From positions 274,054-338,053 of the forward strand of contig NMRA01000113.1 of assembly GCA_002633005.1 (NCBI GenBank): 64,000 bases of DNA, in the 5' to 3' direction. Every line of letters begins with the position of its first letter. Within the stretch, counting starts at the first letter, position 1. The position numbers and the translations under genes were made by a program. This stretch comes from Phoronis australis (taxonomy: Eukaryota > Animalia > Phoronida). This document shows positions 10,021 to 23,445 of this stretch, in pieces. Under the pieces are notes generated by a model. It was not told where the DNA came from, searched no databases, and was given only the letters and a program-made list of their open reading frames with translations.

Positions 10021-12658
10021 TATGTAACCCACCACGACAAAATGAGTCTTAAGTCGGAAACTCTATTTCCTGACTAGACTGCAAACAGTCGCTATCAGTT
10101 AAAATTAGGTCTAATTTTTTTATTGCAGATTATGATTATTTATTCATTCTACTTCACAAAACAATGCTTTAAAACAAGCAAACTTCATTTTAAACCTTAT
10201 TTATTTCATTTTGAAAAACATCACCTTCTCCACGACTGCATATTGTGAAAGTTTCATCGAAACTTTTGCCGGTTTTCGTGTCCCCCATGCTCAGTCACCC
10301 GATGACCCAATTCGCTCGTAAACACATCAACAGAAAGGTCAAACTCTGCTCATTATGCTTGTAGTAGCTCTTTTAGTTTTTCGTCCAATCATCAGTCGTA
10401 ATTTCACTTTTTGCATTCGGGGTATATTCAACAGAAGTGCCACTCACCAGTCTTTTAGCTAGCAACGACCTTTTAACCCAATACATCGCTGACCTCATTC
10501 GCTAGAACTAGTTAAGTGGGCGTGAAACTGTAGGGTCGCAAGGTCACGACATGTTTACAAGACAGTAAGATGGCTGGTCGCCGTGTACCTGATATCTCAG
10601 TGATTAACTCTTGCCTCTGACTGCCGTATCAAGATCAGCGAGAATTAACTGAACTCATCAAAGAGCACATTGGATGGAAACACGGAGGAATTTCGTGACA
10701 GCGACTAGTCATCTAATGGCAGCAACTCGTCGCCAGATGAGTTTCATGATCGATCCATCGCGAATACGGTTACGTTGGATTGGAACAAACAGAACTTGAA
10801 GAAAAACAGTCCGGATTAGCTTAATTGCAGAACAATGTCTTGTACCTGCAAAGCCAGTGGATTGGGGTGCAAGCAGCTGAATATTACTGCAAGAGAGAAC
10901 AATCTTCGATAGGGCTGAATCACTCGGTGAGAAATCGAGGAAATCGTTGCTCTTCAGTCAGTGTCAGTGGACTTGGATAAGGATGATTGTCATTTTATTC
11001 AAAATTATTCACACTAGCGTAAAATTTTGAATTATTTTGAACAAAAGTCAGCCACGAACTTGTATTTTGTTATCTACAGGACTTCATTTTATTAAACTTC
11101 TCCAAAATACACTTAACTACTTGTTTTACTTGCAGTAACCCCTCCCACAAGTGGACTGACCCTGTATACATTAGCTGGGAAATTCATTGACCCAGTTGCA
11201 GCAACCCAACATGAATATCACTCCATTTTGGTTGATATTACATAATAAGGTCTATATTTTTTCTAATTTTTGATTACTTTTATTTGTTTATGTTGTTGTG
11301 TGTACTAATAAGTCTGAAATGTAGCATTCAACTGCAGGTTGCTATAGAAATTTTAAAGACAATCGGCACTTTTTCTCGGCCATTTTCCTTGACCTTTGAA
11401 AGCTCTAAATTTTCGCTTTCCCCAACTAGAATTGGCAATAACTCGGTCATTTGTGAAGATAAGGACATGCTTCATACCTCAAAATGATCAGAAAATACTG
11501 TATTTTCAGAAAAAATAACAATTAAAACAAGAGCAACGCGGAGCGTTGAAATGCGCCCACAATTGCACCGCATACGGTATCCTTCTAGGGTTGTTTATTG
11601 GTACCATAAATTGGCCAGTAGAGGGCATACTTTGCAAAATGGAAAGGCATGGTCATAGTCTCCTCAATAGGCTAGGGGCAAAATGTGAGTTATCTTCATA
11701 ATACAAGCACATCCTATACACCATTTGCTTAAAGCACCACAGAAACATAGAATTAAAAACAAATTTACCAACATACGAGATTAGCACAGCATTAGAATGC
11801 CAGAAACAAATTTCTACTTAGAACTTTTCCTTCACAGTCACGAAGTAACACAAAGTATACACCTGAAGACCTATGAAAATACAGAGGTCAATGTAAAATA
11901 CTAAAATTGCCACTAGAGGCAAATACTAAAATTGCCACAAGAGGCATACCGGTAGTCAGAATCATCCTAAAGTCGTCATCGTCCGTTGTCAACATCACAT
12001 AAATACACTTGCTAAATTTAGTAAAGATCCTGCAAACGGTTTGGGAGATACAGCCATGGGCGCAAAAAAACAAAACTGCCACTAGGAGGCGCCACAGTAG
12101 TCCAAATCGTCTGAAAATCATTGTCAGCTGTCTTCCTTATAGTAAGCACATACACGCCAATTTTCACAATCATCCTTTGAGCGGTTTGGTTGATAGAGGG
12201 GTGGACGCAAAAATACAGACTCGAAAACAGTAAAAATGGCCACTAGGTGGCGCAAACTACGTCGAATCCATCTGAAAACAGTAGGATAGCGTCATCTCAC
12301 TAATAGGTGCCTACATACCAAATTTCATGAAAATCCGTTCAGTACTTTTGAAGATACAAAGGTAAGCGTAAAAAACTAAAATTGCCACTAGGGGGCACAC
12401 CGGTAGTCGGATCCGTCCGAAAGTTCGCACATGCCGTCCCATTCATGAATGGAACATATGTGCCAAATTTCATGAACGTATGTCGAAGGGTTTTGGAGAT
12501 AGAGCAGCGGACGCCGGACGCCGGACGGACGGCCGGACGGCCGGACGGACGGACGGACGGACAGAGATGACGGCATAATGCGTCCACATATAAATATGTG
12601 GGCGCATAAAAATGACAAATCCCGACTTAAGATTCATTTTGTGGTGATGGGTAACCTA
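10021..12658. mobile_element. Unclassified non-autonomous TIR DNA element hosting a HINE insertion
   Basis: ~35-bp imperfect TIRs: GTAACCCACCACGACAAAATGAGTCTTAAGTCGG (from 10024) and CCGACTTAAGATTCATTTTGTGGTGATGGGTAAC (to 12655). Confidence 0.7.
11527..12612 (+). mobile_element. Helentron-associated interspersed element (HINE/DINE-like) with ~150-bp internal array
   Basis: 5' ACAAGAG plus hairpin CAACGC..GCGTTG; subterminal inverted repeat ATGCGCCCAC / GTGGGCGCAT; ~150-bp tandem monomers; (GGAC)n microsatellite; 3' hairpin and A-run. Near-identical inverted copy at 33854-35400. Confidence 0.8.
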
Positions 12659-13287
12659 TTTGGGCAAATACTATTCTGGAGCCATTCAGGTGTCATATCC
12701 AACTTCTATTTAGTTCTTATTTAGCCTGATAGAAGCGATGGTTGTTCTTTCGTTCCAGCTTCCAGTGGGCCCAGCTTCAAGCAACAGTATATTCACATAA
12801 GTTTTTCACAATTTAACAAATTTATACTTCCCGTTCATTGCCAATTGTTCTGGACAAAAATTACTCCATGTAATTATTAATTTTAGCTACATATGGCTTT
12901 TCTAACACCCAATTTCTTTCAATTCACTAGCCTTCAAACCCAAACTAATCCCCGTCACCAGTGCCAGAGACGGCAACCCAAATGACCCTGGTTCCAAAAA
13001 ACATCTTCCAAATTACACATTACCTATTTCCTAATCAACCAGTCACCATCATCTTCCCATACAGCTGTTTCTTCTAATTTTCACATTTTCATATCTGAGT
13101 TAGATACAACATGGTGAAAGCCAAAGTCAAGACTACAAAATCACCAGGCAGATCCACCACTAACAGTACCAGTACAACCTCTAGGTCAGCGAGGACATAG
13201 AGTGTGCAGTCTGACCAGGCCTCAACCTGCCACGGAGACCAAGCATCTACATCTGCACCGATGGATCCTCAACCCAACCAGGTCAGT

Positions 13288-14248
13288 CATACCCGTTTAC
13301 TTATACAAAACAGGCGTACAATCGTACGATTTAGTACACGATCGTACACTATACGAAACCACTTTGTAATCGTACGCAATTCACGAGTGATTGTCAAGAT
13401 CATTGTTAATAAAATATTTTCTACAAGTTCGTTTTCTTCGTATTATTTCACTGTTTAATCCCTATTTTTACAGGGCGAATCATATATATTTTTGCAGCAC
13501 GTGACGAGTCCGATCGGCCGGGGTCCCGCCAACACACTGTTTCGCGGGAAATCCTGGGTGAATATGAATCCAAGTCGGCGATTTCGTGCCGATCTAGTTC
13601 ACAGCTTGTCCACTAGGATACCGTATGCATTTAGGACTGGCTTATTGATATTAATAGGAACTTTGTCAAATTATACTGCGAATAAATGATCGGCTTTTAT
13701 AAAAACAGTTAGTCGTAACTCCGATCTATGTCTTAATGGTCTTTTGTGTATGTGTTTCTCCCGGTTTTGGGATGAAATAAACTCGCTCTTCTCATATGGG
13801 TGCTATTAGTGCAACAATTAGACGGGCCTGGTTTTCTCAGCGGAAGCGTCGGGTTCTGCCTTCGACGACAGCGTGAATTATTATCAAGGGCATAACTCGG
13901 TAGCGAGACCCTGGACTCGCTTCTCTTTCTGAAATCCCAACCTGGACAAGCACACCAGAAGAACTACCCAAAAGAAAAACTCATGTCATTGAAATCTGCC
14001 TATTACAAGTCGACAAAGCAATAAACAATTGCTTATACTAGTACATGCTGCAAAAATAAAACTTCGGCCACTTGACGTTGACTGTCTGTGTAATAAAACA
14101 TGTGGTGTTAATTTGGTACAAATTTGAAAGAATTTATCTTTTGCATTCGGTTTTCGTGATTGTACACATTGGAGCTCAGATTGTACACATTTTTGAGGTT
14201 TTCAGAAGTGATTGTACACAATGGTCGAAATTTGAGTAAGCAGGTCTG
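13288..14248. mobile_element. Non-autonomous TIR DNA transposon with 6-bp TSD (GTCAGT)
   Basis: Imperfect TIRs CATACCCGTTTACTTA / TGAGTAAGCAGGTCTG; subterminal GATTGTACAC repeats; GTCAGT at 13282-13287 and 14249-14254; empty paralogous site at ~8365-8385. Confidence 0.8.
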
Positions 14249-14517
14249 GTCAGTTAACCTCTGATGTGACTCTGCCTGATTATGAGGTACTTCCATCGAC
14301 ACCAATTCCTAGCATGTACCCGATAATGGGCACCTATATGTATCACCTTCAATTCGCACAAAAATTCATAACGGCATATGCATTGACCTTAACACCCTCC
14401 TCCCAACCTCATCGCCATTGCAACAACTGCCTCAGAGGAGCTTTATTTAATTCGATGGCACCTGGCATAAGCATGGATTTTCATCGCATTATGGCAACGG
14501 CATTTTGTTAAGGGAAA

Positions 14518-14762
14518 TGTAATGTTTTGATAAACATATAACAGATATATTACTCACGCATACCAGTTAGTGCAAGACTATAGTTTAATTGATTCTGAGT
14601 ACAGGAAGTTCTATATATGATATTACCACTTCGATTATAAGAATTGCATGCTGCTTAGTCATTGTTCTATATAAGCCACCTTGTAGAGAATTTAGTTAGT
14701 TCCAATAAAGTATTTGACACAGCAAGTCTTATATTCTGACTTCGTAATATCAGAATATTACA
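14518..14762 (+). repeat. 5' LTR of Gypsy element 2
   Basis: TGTAAT...ATTACA ends, TATATAA and AATAAA motifs, followed by the PBS. Confidence 0.95.
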
Positions 14763-14789
14763 CTGGCGACGAGGTATCGCACTCATTGA

Positions 14790-17700
14790 GCATGGACTAT
14801 GCAGGCAGGAGGTTTGCCGGTTTTTCCAGTTTGACTATGAGGACAGCACTAGTGGATGGATCGGAAAGTTAGAAAACTTGTTCGTCGGCATGGGACTCGC
14901 CGACACGGAGGACAACGGGGCCAGGAAGCGGGTGCTGCTGTTGCACTAAGTTGGCGACAAAATATACGACATACATGAGGCCAACAAGGGGGACTCAACG
15001 CAGGACTATGAGGGAACTAAACAGGTACTTTTGTCTTATTTTGAGCTCAAGAAAAATGTTCAGATGGACATCTATCAGTTTCGGACGTACAGACAACAAC
15101 CCGGACAGTCGTTAGATGAGTTTGTCACTGCACTGAGACAGTTGGCTGCCAACTGTAATTTTGTAAACGCGGATCAAGAGATTCTGTCTCAAGTGATCCA
15201 GAACTGTTCATGCAATCAATTACGCTGCAGAGTGCTGAGAGAGGCAGACAAACCTCTAGCAGAGATATTGGCACTTTGTCGTGCTATTGAAATTGCGGAT
15301 AGTCAGGCGGCAGCTATTGAGAGAGACACTCATAGCGTTAATAGGATGAGAGATAAAAGTAGTCGTCCACGTACCAACGTACAAACGCCGAGACAACGAG
15401 GGTATGTTAAACCAAACTTGGCAAACAAGTCATGTTTCAGCTGTGGAAGAAGTTATCCACTTTCAGGACCATGTCCTGCCGAAGATAAAATTTGCCATAA
15501 GTGTCAAAATGTTGGATATTTGCAAAATTCTGCCATGTGAGGCAAACGAGACTGGTAGCAACCCATAAAGTAAGGGAGATTAAAAACGAAAAAAAGGGCG
15601 TTACATCACACTCAGATAACTGTCAACAACCTGAGTCGAGTGATGAGGAATATTGTAATGGTGTGAGTCAGCAGAAATCGACTCGGATTCCACATGTTTC
15701 CGTGAAGTTAAATGATAGACCATGCGACATGATAATTGACACTGGTGCGTCAGTAAACATCCTTGACAAGATGACGTATGCGAAAATAGGCTCACCCAAA
15801 TTAAACAAACGTCGTCCGGAGAAACTGTTACCATATGGCAATAACGACCCATTGCCAGTCATCGGACGGTGTCGGGTCAGCATAGAAACAAAACAGGTTT
15901 ATGCCTGTTGCAAGTTTCTGGTAGTCAAGGGCAATCACGGTTCGTTGCTGGGTTACCCGACATGCGCTAAGCTGAATCTTGTCCAAGTGGTGAGAAATAT
16001 AAAAAGTGTTGAGGACCGATTTCCAGAACTAGTTAGTGGGATAGGAAAGTTGAAAAACTCAAACGTGAAACTCCACATTAACCCTGACGTCAAGTCGATC
16101 GCGATTCGACATCGGCGTACACCATTTCACTTGAAGGAGAAGGTTGAAAAAGAGCTCAACAAGTTGTTGAAAGAAGGCATCATTGAAAAGGTAGAGGTTG
16201 GCACTACGGCGCCTTGGATTTCACCCATTGTGACCCCTCCTAAAAAGGACTCCGATGACATCTGATTATGCATCGATATGCGTGGGCCGAATACGGCAAT
16301 TGAACGCGAACGCCACCACATGCCTTCTGTTGATGAGTTAATTTCGGATTTGAATGGGTCCTCAATTTTTAGTAAATTGGACCTACGTTCCGGTTATCAC
16401 CAACTCGAGTTGGATGAAAGTTCTCGCTATATCACTACGTTTAGCACGCATGCTGGTCTTTTCCATTATCGGCGTCTAAATTTCGGTGTTTGTTCCGCAT
16501 CTGAAATATTTCAAGAAACGATCAAAAATGTGATTAAAGGAATTCCCGGTGTGAAAAATATAGCCGATGACATAATTGTGTTTGGGAAGATGCAGGAAGA
16601 CCACGATAAGGCTCTCTACGATGTGTTCCAAGCGTTGCAAGACAATGGGCTGACACTGAATGCAAAGAAATGTGAGTATAACAAGTCGTCCATCGATTTT
16701 TTCGTACTTGTCTTCAGTAGAGATGGAATCTCACCAGATCCAAAGAAGGTCAAAGCCATTGTTGACACCGAAGCACCATCAAATGTAAGTAGTGTGCGCA
16801 GTTTTCTCGGCATGACAACATATTGCGTGAGATTTATTGATAACTACGCTACGATCAGTGAACAACTGCGTAGGCTAACCAAGAAGGATGCTGTTTGGCA
16901 ATGGGCAAATGAACATGAAACCGCGTTTAAGACACTGAAACAGAAACTGATTGACAGCCCAGTCATGGCATATTTTAAGCCGAACGAGAATATTGAAGTA
17001 ATTGTTGATGGAAGTCCAGTGGGAATTTCCGCTATATTATGCCAAAACAACAAAGTTGTCACTTATGCGAGCATATCGCTCACCGAAACGGAAACCCGTT
17101 ATAGACAAACGGAACGGGAGGCACTAGCGATTGTATGGGCATGCGAACATTTTGATATGTATTTGCGAGGCGCTCATCACTTTGAGGTTATTACGGATCA
17201 TAAACTTCTGGAAACGATTTGGAAAAAGGAACGACCACCGCTTAGAATCGAACGTTGGGGATTACGGCTACAACCATATAAGTTCACGATTAAATATAAA
17301 CCGGGTGTCTCCAATTGCTGGTAACGAACAAACTTCGTGCAAAAGCAAGATTGCGGAAGAATATGTCAACTGTATTTTGCAACACACAAAACCCAAAGCT
17401 ATTTCGATAGAGGACATCGAACTGGCCACACTGACCCGACTCTGATGAAACTTATTGAGCTAATCAAAACAAACCGTTGGTTCGAAACCAAAACACTGTC
17501 ATGTTGATACTGACGTTAATGTGCACGAACTGACAGATTTTAAGAACACACGGGATGAATTAACAAGTGTAAGTGATGGTCTACTGATAAGAGGCAATCA
17601 AATCGTTATGCCTTCATCATTGCGTAAGTTGGCTGTTGAAATTGCGCATGAAGGTCATCACGGAATGCAGAGAACAAAGGCATTCTTGAGATCGTCCATA

Positions 17701-18720
17701 TGGTTCCCTGGTATGGATAACATGATTGAAAACAAAATACCGAACTGTCGAGCTTGTCAAGTTGTGACAACGGGAAAATGAGTTTTAGAGCCACTGTCTA
17801 TGAGCCCTATGCCTGATAATCCCTGGGAAAATCTAAGTGTGGATTTTTGTGGACCACTGCCGTCAGGAGATTATTTATTTGTGGTAATTGATGAACATTC
17901 ACGTTACCCAGTCGTAGAAATTGTGAAATCTACATCTGCTAATACGGTGATTCCAGTGCCTGATAAAATATTCTCTATGTTTGGATATCCGAAAGTTGTA
18001 AAATCGGATAATGGAAGTCCATTTACTTCGTATGCATTCAGACAGTTTGCAGAGTTCAGTGGATTTAAACATCGTAAAATTACACCGCATTGGCCAAGAG
18101 CAAACGCGCAAGCAGAATCCTTCAATAAACCACTGATGAAATGTCTAAGAGCTGCAGGTAAAAACTGGAAGCAGGAACTGTACAAATTTTTGAGTCAATA
18201 TCGTGCTACGCCGCATAGCTCGACTGGAGTATCACCACATAGATTGTTGTTTGGACGTGAACCTCAAACGAAGTTACACAGGATTACACAGTGTCAAACG
18301 GGACTCTGTCGTGGAAAGGGCAAAAGGAAGTGACGAATTAGTAAACATCGAATGAAATCATATGCCGATAATAAACTTGGAGTAAAATCATGCGATATTC
18401 GAGTAGGAGACACTGTGTTGACTAGAAATGACAGGAAACAAAACAAACTGTCAACTCCGTTTAACACCACTCCTCATATTGTTGTTGATAAGAAAGGTTC
18501 TATGTTAAGTGCTACCGATGGTGAACGTACTGTTACTAGGAACTCCAGTGCATTTAAACATACTAATTCGACATTTAAACCAGTTGTGGTCGAGAATGAC
18601 GAAAGTGAATTTCTGGAAAACACTCCTCTCGATACTACATCAACAGTGTCAAAACCTCAACAACAGGATCCAACTGTCAGACGATCTACACGTGTTAAAC
18701 ACGTGTTAAACACGTGTTAA
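14790..18720 (+). pseudogene. gag-pol of Gypsy element 2 (stops and frameshifts)
   Basis: ORF pieces 15031-15540 (gag), 15501-16265 (protease), 16278-17324 (RT/RNase H), 17521-17781 and 17800-18333 (integrase), 18352-18720 (C-terminal tail). Confidence 0.9.
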
Positions 18721-18854
18721 ACGTTAAACGCAAACCAGGATATTTGCAAGACATTGTGACTGACTAAATAAACAATTACTGGACAAGGTACTTGGACTGT
18801 TGAAATGTGTTTATGTTTGTGTACTTGTAGAAATTATTCTAAGTTGAGGAGAGA

Positions 18855-19099
18855 TGTAATGTTTTGATAAATATATAACAGATATATTACTCATGCATAC
18901 CAGTTAGTGCAAGACTATAGTTTAATTGATTCTGAGTAAAGGAAGTTCTATATATGGTATTACCACTTCGATTGTAAGAATTGCATGCTGCTTAGTCATT
19001 GTTCTATATAAGCCACCTTGTAGAGAATTTAGTTAGTTCCAATAAAGTATTTGACACAGCAAGTCTTATATTCTGACTTCGTAATATCAGAATATTACA
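18855..19099 (+). repeat. 3' LTR of Gypsy element 2
   Basis: Direct repeat of 14518-14762, preceded by the PPT and followed by the TSD. Confidence 0.95.
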
Positions 19100-20309
19100 G
19101 GAAAGGATCTGCAAGTCAGTGATGATGATGTTTACGTACTGGTCCCACCAGTCACTTAGTGTATGTGTGGTGGTAAACCAAGCCCCTCGGGGTGAGCATA
19201 CACTACATGATAATTTCCTTTAATCATATCATGGACAAATTACTCACCCATCTCAGTGAACCGGACATGACACCAGTGTACATACAGATAGTATGTGATG
19301 GCACAGTTATGAACATCAAGGATCCCCCAAACACACGAGGCCAAAATCTTCCTCTGGTGATAGGAGGTAATGTCTTTTGGGTTCATGGCCAATGACATTC
19401 AGAGGCAAAAATTAGGTCCAAAATTAAATTTTAAGGCCCTTTAGCCGAGAAATCATCTGCAAAAAATTAAGATGGGATAGAATAGACTTTTCATAGCTTT
19501 CCGATTTGATGTTCAATAGGTAAATCATTTACTGAAGGTAGTTCTTATTGTGTTCGAAAGAATTTGACAACAAGCAAAGACCGAGAGAGGACGGAATAAA
19601 CTTTAGAGACCCTAGTTATAATTTGAGTAAGAACCTCCTGGATGTTGTCACATTCGAGACATTTTCCGTTTATCAAAGCTAACCATTTCTGCCCATCCCC
19701 AGTCAATATCGGGATTTTAGGACAGGCTTAAACATAATGAAAACTAGCTTGGTGTGAATGAACCTTAACTTCAGCAAGAGCTTCTGTTGGCAGTTTTTTT
19801 CAATGTGGTTCAGCAGATATGTGTACTTTGAACTGATATTTATGAATATTTTTTTTTAATTTTAGGAAAGTTGGTGAACATCACTGTTCCAGGTGGAGCT
19901 TCTGAAGAGGGTACGCACGACGACTTATATAATTATTCCATTGGCTTTTTACACTGTGTATAGAACATTCACCTTTACCCAATAGAGGTCACTAGTCACG
20001 GACAGGAAGTGGATTCCATGACTAACGAGTCTCGCTAAATTAAAGCATTCTCTCTCTCTCTCTGGACATTGTATGGACATTTTTAGAGGTATAAGCTAGA
20101 TATAAGATTTAAGTGTTTTAGCAGCATTTTCACTACATTGCAGCGATTAATGCCTATTAATTTTACGTTCATTTTCCTCGCATTTTAGTGAAGGCTATCC
20201 TTCCCTTTGTTGTAGATCGTCTTCATTCCAAGACGCACTGAATCGTTGAAATAAAGCTCGAAAAAGTTCAAATACTTATCTATGAAGACGATCTGTCTCA
20301 TCAGACACC

Positions 20310-20710
20310 ATGCCAGCTATTCACTGCCCTATTGCCGGATGCACCTATGTGATGGACCTCGATGCCGCGATCGTCGCCGCCTTACTCACTACGCACGCCA
20401 CAACACACACACCAACAAAACCTATAACCCCGGAAAAGCTGAGACGGCCAACCATACAGTCTTCCGGCACTAGTGAGGAATGGTCGTACTTTTTATCACG
20501 TTGGGGTGACTATATAGAGGCAACTCAACTTCAAGGAAAAGACCGCATCATACAACTCCTTGAGTGCTGTGACGAGTCGCTACGAAAGGACTTGACACGC
20601 TCCGCAGGCACCTCCCTCACCGGCAGGACTGAGGCGGAGGTCCTGGCCGCTATGCGCATCCTGGCCGTGCGTGAGGAGAGCACGATGGTGGCCAGGGTCA
20701 ACCTCAACAA
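20310..20710 (+). pseudogene. Truncated gag of a third Gypsy family
   Basis: MPAIHCPIAGCTY...EKLRRPTIQSSGTSEEWSYFLSRWGDY...QLLECCDESLRKDL...LAVREESTMVARV resembles an invertebrate Gypsy gag N-terminus; similarity is lost after ~20710; a possible decayed LTR (AATAAA ~20250) lies upstream. Confidence 0.7.
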
Positions 20711-22759
20711 TATAAGCGGACGCCATCCAACACTGGAACAGCCTTGTAGAGCCGACGCAACCCAGGAACGAGAGCAACCAGTCCGACACTGATAGCGACA
20801 CTGACTCTGAAGCGGAGGGCGAGGTGTTTAAGAAGTTGGTCGCCTGCTAATCTGACATTCAGTAAAACTCGCAGAAGTTGGACGTTATGTTGGCAAAGCC
20901 GGCGGTTGTCAGTTCTACGTGAATGAAGCCGATCCCTCTCAGTCTGACTGAAAAAAGTTTTTCGAGTTTCATGTACAACTTTTGTTTTGTCATTCATTTT
21001 TGCAAATAAATACTTAAAATTAAAGTTACCTTTTTTCGTCTTCGGGGTATCGACTATGTCCTAAATTATACGACTTCCACGACTTAAGTGCCATTCCTGG
21101 TATTGCTGTGGATTTGACAACTACTTGAAGCGCTCTGGATACACGTTAGGGTCGCTACTGCATCGACGTTTGGGCGCGCATCACGCCATATTTAAATTCC
21201 CTAACACGCCAGACGGCGGTAGGTCTTAGACAAGTTTCAGATCGAGCCGCTACTTGCAGCCACGTCAGTAAAGCTGAGTTGAAGATCAAAAGAGTACCTG
21301 ATGCACTGCACAGCCCCCAATTTCTACGCGCGCAGTTAACAGACATTGCTATAATCAGAGAAGGCCCGTGAACAATGTGTCCACCTCGGCGCAAAATGTG
21401 AAGCCAGAGACCATTACCAGTAATATTGAAACCGTGAACTGCGCATGTGCGAAAATCACTCAGTCAGCCCCCTCCAGCATACATGAGATTCGCAGAAAAC
21501 ACAAAGTGGGGGTCTTATTTATGAACCAATCACATTTGCCGATAGCACATAACATAGATAAGTACTTAAAAACGTGGCCATGTTTCAGCAAAATTGGAAG
21601 AAATTTTATGTTCAACATGGTATGGTTAAAGTTTGGGCTTATTTTGTCGCTTCGATCAGTGAAATCGCCGCTGAAAACCCGAAAGTGCAGGTGAGAAAAC
21701 GATTATTTTCGACCAAGCCTTTCATGTGCTGTTAGTTGCCAATAGACCCAACAGATGTCAGTATAATCAAGATTTAAATGTAGGAGTTTGAAGAAAATTA
21801 GACAAAAAATTGTATTTAACATGGGGTGGCCGAAAATTGCCAATTTTGGCCTTTTGATATCAGTTTAGTTTATCATAGACTATCATCAGTGGGTCTACTT
21901 AATTCGAAGTTTTTGGTTAAGTCACTGATGATGTTCACACCAGTTTACTAATAAACGTTTGCTTTAAATATAAGTTTGATTGCAATGCTCTCAGCAGTGC
22001 GTGCAGCAGCGATTGGCCCTTGATCGGCCTATGGGCACTAAACCAAAGTAACTATGTTAGGGAAACACAAGTACCTGAGCTGTTTACGATCCACTTAAGA
22101 GAAAAATGTTTTTGTACCTAATATTAATTTGTTTTAGAGTATTGCGGGCATGGTTTCAAATTGAAAGGAGTCATCACAAGTTGCATTTATGAGAATTGTA
22201 CTGTTGCATTGCGAAAAACTAGTCTACTGAGGTAGTGCGAGATAAGGCAATGGGTAAAAAGGACCGCTTTGACTTGCTTATGAGTGGTAACCCTTGATAT
22301 TGGCCAGACATCTTTAAAGACAGGTTTTGTCTTTCCTTTTAATGGAATATATTTGAACTTATGGTAATTTTGTGCAACAAGCGCCACAAAATCAAGAATA
22401 ACCTTCCTATTGCTTCTCTCGATTAGACACGCGGAGTGTGAAGCGCTGACTGGTCCATAAGCGATGACCTAGTTTACGCAGAGAACCTGGCGGATGACCT
22501 AGTTTACGTATTGCTGGTAATGCGGAGATAGGTTGTGTTAGTCTCTGTAGTCTTATCGATCGAAATCGAAAGTTTCTTGGTACAAAATCCTTTTGTAAAA
22601 ACGATACTAGCCCTAATAAACTAGTTGCTGAAGTCAACCCACGAAACAATCATTTTTATTGACATTGGGAGCAAGTTTGTGGTCACCAACGCGAATCAGC
22701 CAGGCGAGTGAACTTTGAGCTGGGCGAGTAGATTTTCTGGCGAGCAGGGTTTTGAAACA

Positions 22760-23445
22760 TGGGTATATCCCTGAGACCAGAGGGCAACATGATGCCACAG
22801 TTTAAGGAACACATTGTCCTGAACAATTCAGAAAACACGAGTGACACGCTACTAAAGAAAGTCTACCCAATGTGTATAAGTCAGTGTAAAGACCCTGACC
22901 AGTTCCTTAGTGACCTACTTGACGAGGCCAACCCTGATTGTGTGTTCATTCCAAAGATTTAGTGAAGTAGAGACTGTCTCTGAAGAAGCAATTAATGTGT
23001 GCCATTATATTGTTTAGGTTTATTAGGTGGTGCTCAGGCCATGTTTTCAATAACATGACAATGTTGACTTGCAAAATGATGACTGCATTCAGAACTTGAA
23101 AACTATTGTAGACTTGTTTCTTAACACTGAAACATGCAGCAAAATAGAAATGTTGACACAAGGTCAGTCTGTTCACAAGAACAGAGCAATTCTTCGAAGA
23201 CTGCTGCGGACATTACCCAAAAACACCGAGATGATACAGACCAGTGCCAGATGGCAACGCCAGCTTGAGCCACAAACAGCAACATGACAGCAAAGCAAGG
23301 CCTGTTTATGCACACCATCATGTGAAGCAATGCCGCTGCAATGAAAGGCGGTCTGTTTTAGATTACGGATCCGCCACCTGGATTTTCAGAAGAAATGTAG
23401 AAAGAAGTTGTAATAACTTTTTGCAACACCATTTCTAAAGTCTAG
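22760..23445 (+). pseudogene. Possible YqaJ-like (lambda-exonuclease) transposon protein remnant
   Basis: KIEMLTQGQS resembles the IExxTxGQS motif; DGNASLSHKQQH...VKQC resembles the C-terminal motif of transposon YqaJ proteins; heavily decayed. Confidence 0.35.

Larger units (their letters stand above)
14518..19099 (+). mobile_element. Structurally full-length Gypsy/Ty3 LTR retrotransposon (gag-PR-RT-RH-IN) with disrupted ORFs
   Basis: 245-bp LTRs 14518-14762 and 18855-19099 (5 substitutions counted by eye); TSD GGAAA (14513-14517, 19100-19104); PBS TGGCGACGAGG (tRNA-Ser type); PPT GAGGAGAGA; gag zinc knuckles; protease IIDTGAS; RT IADDII; RNase H (VDGSP, EREALA, TDHK); integrase (HEGHHG, CRAC, DFCGP, SDNGSPF). 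Confidence 0.95.

Noticed and set aside
11888-12618. ORFs duplicated at 33.7-35.0 kb, suggesting a conserved small gene
   Set aside because: They are chance translations of the two near-identical HINE copies and their microsatellite.
20800-21200. Possible minus-strand THAP-like exon pair
   Set aside because: Splice-like signals exist, but the C2CH residues could not be recovered in any consistent frame.
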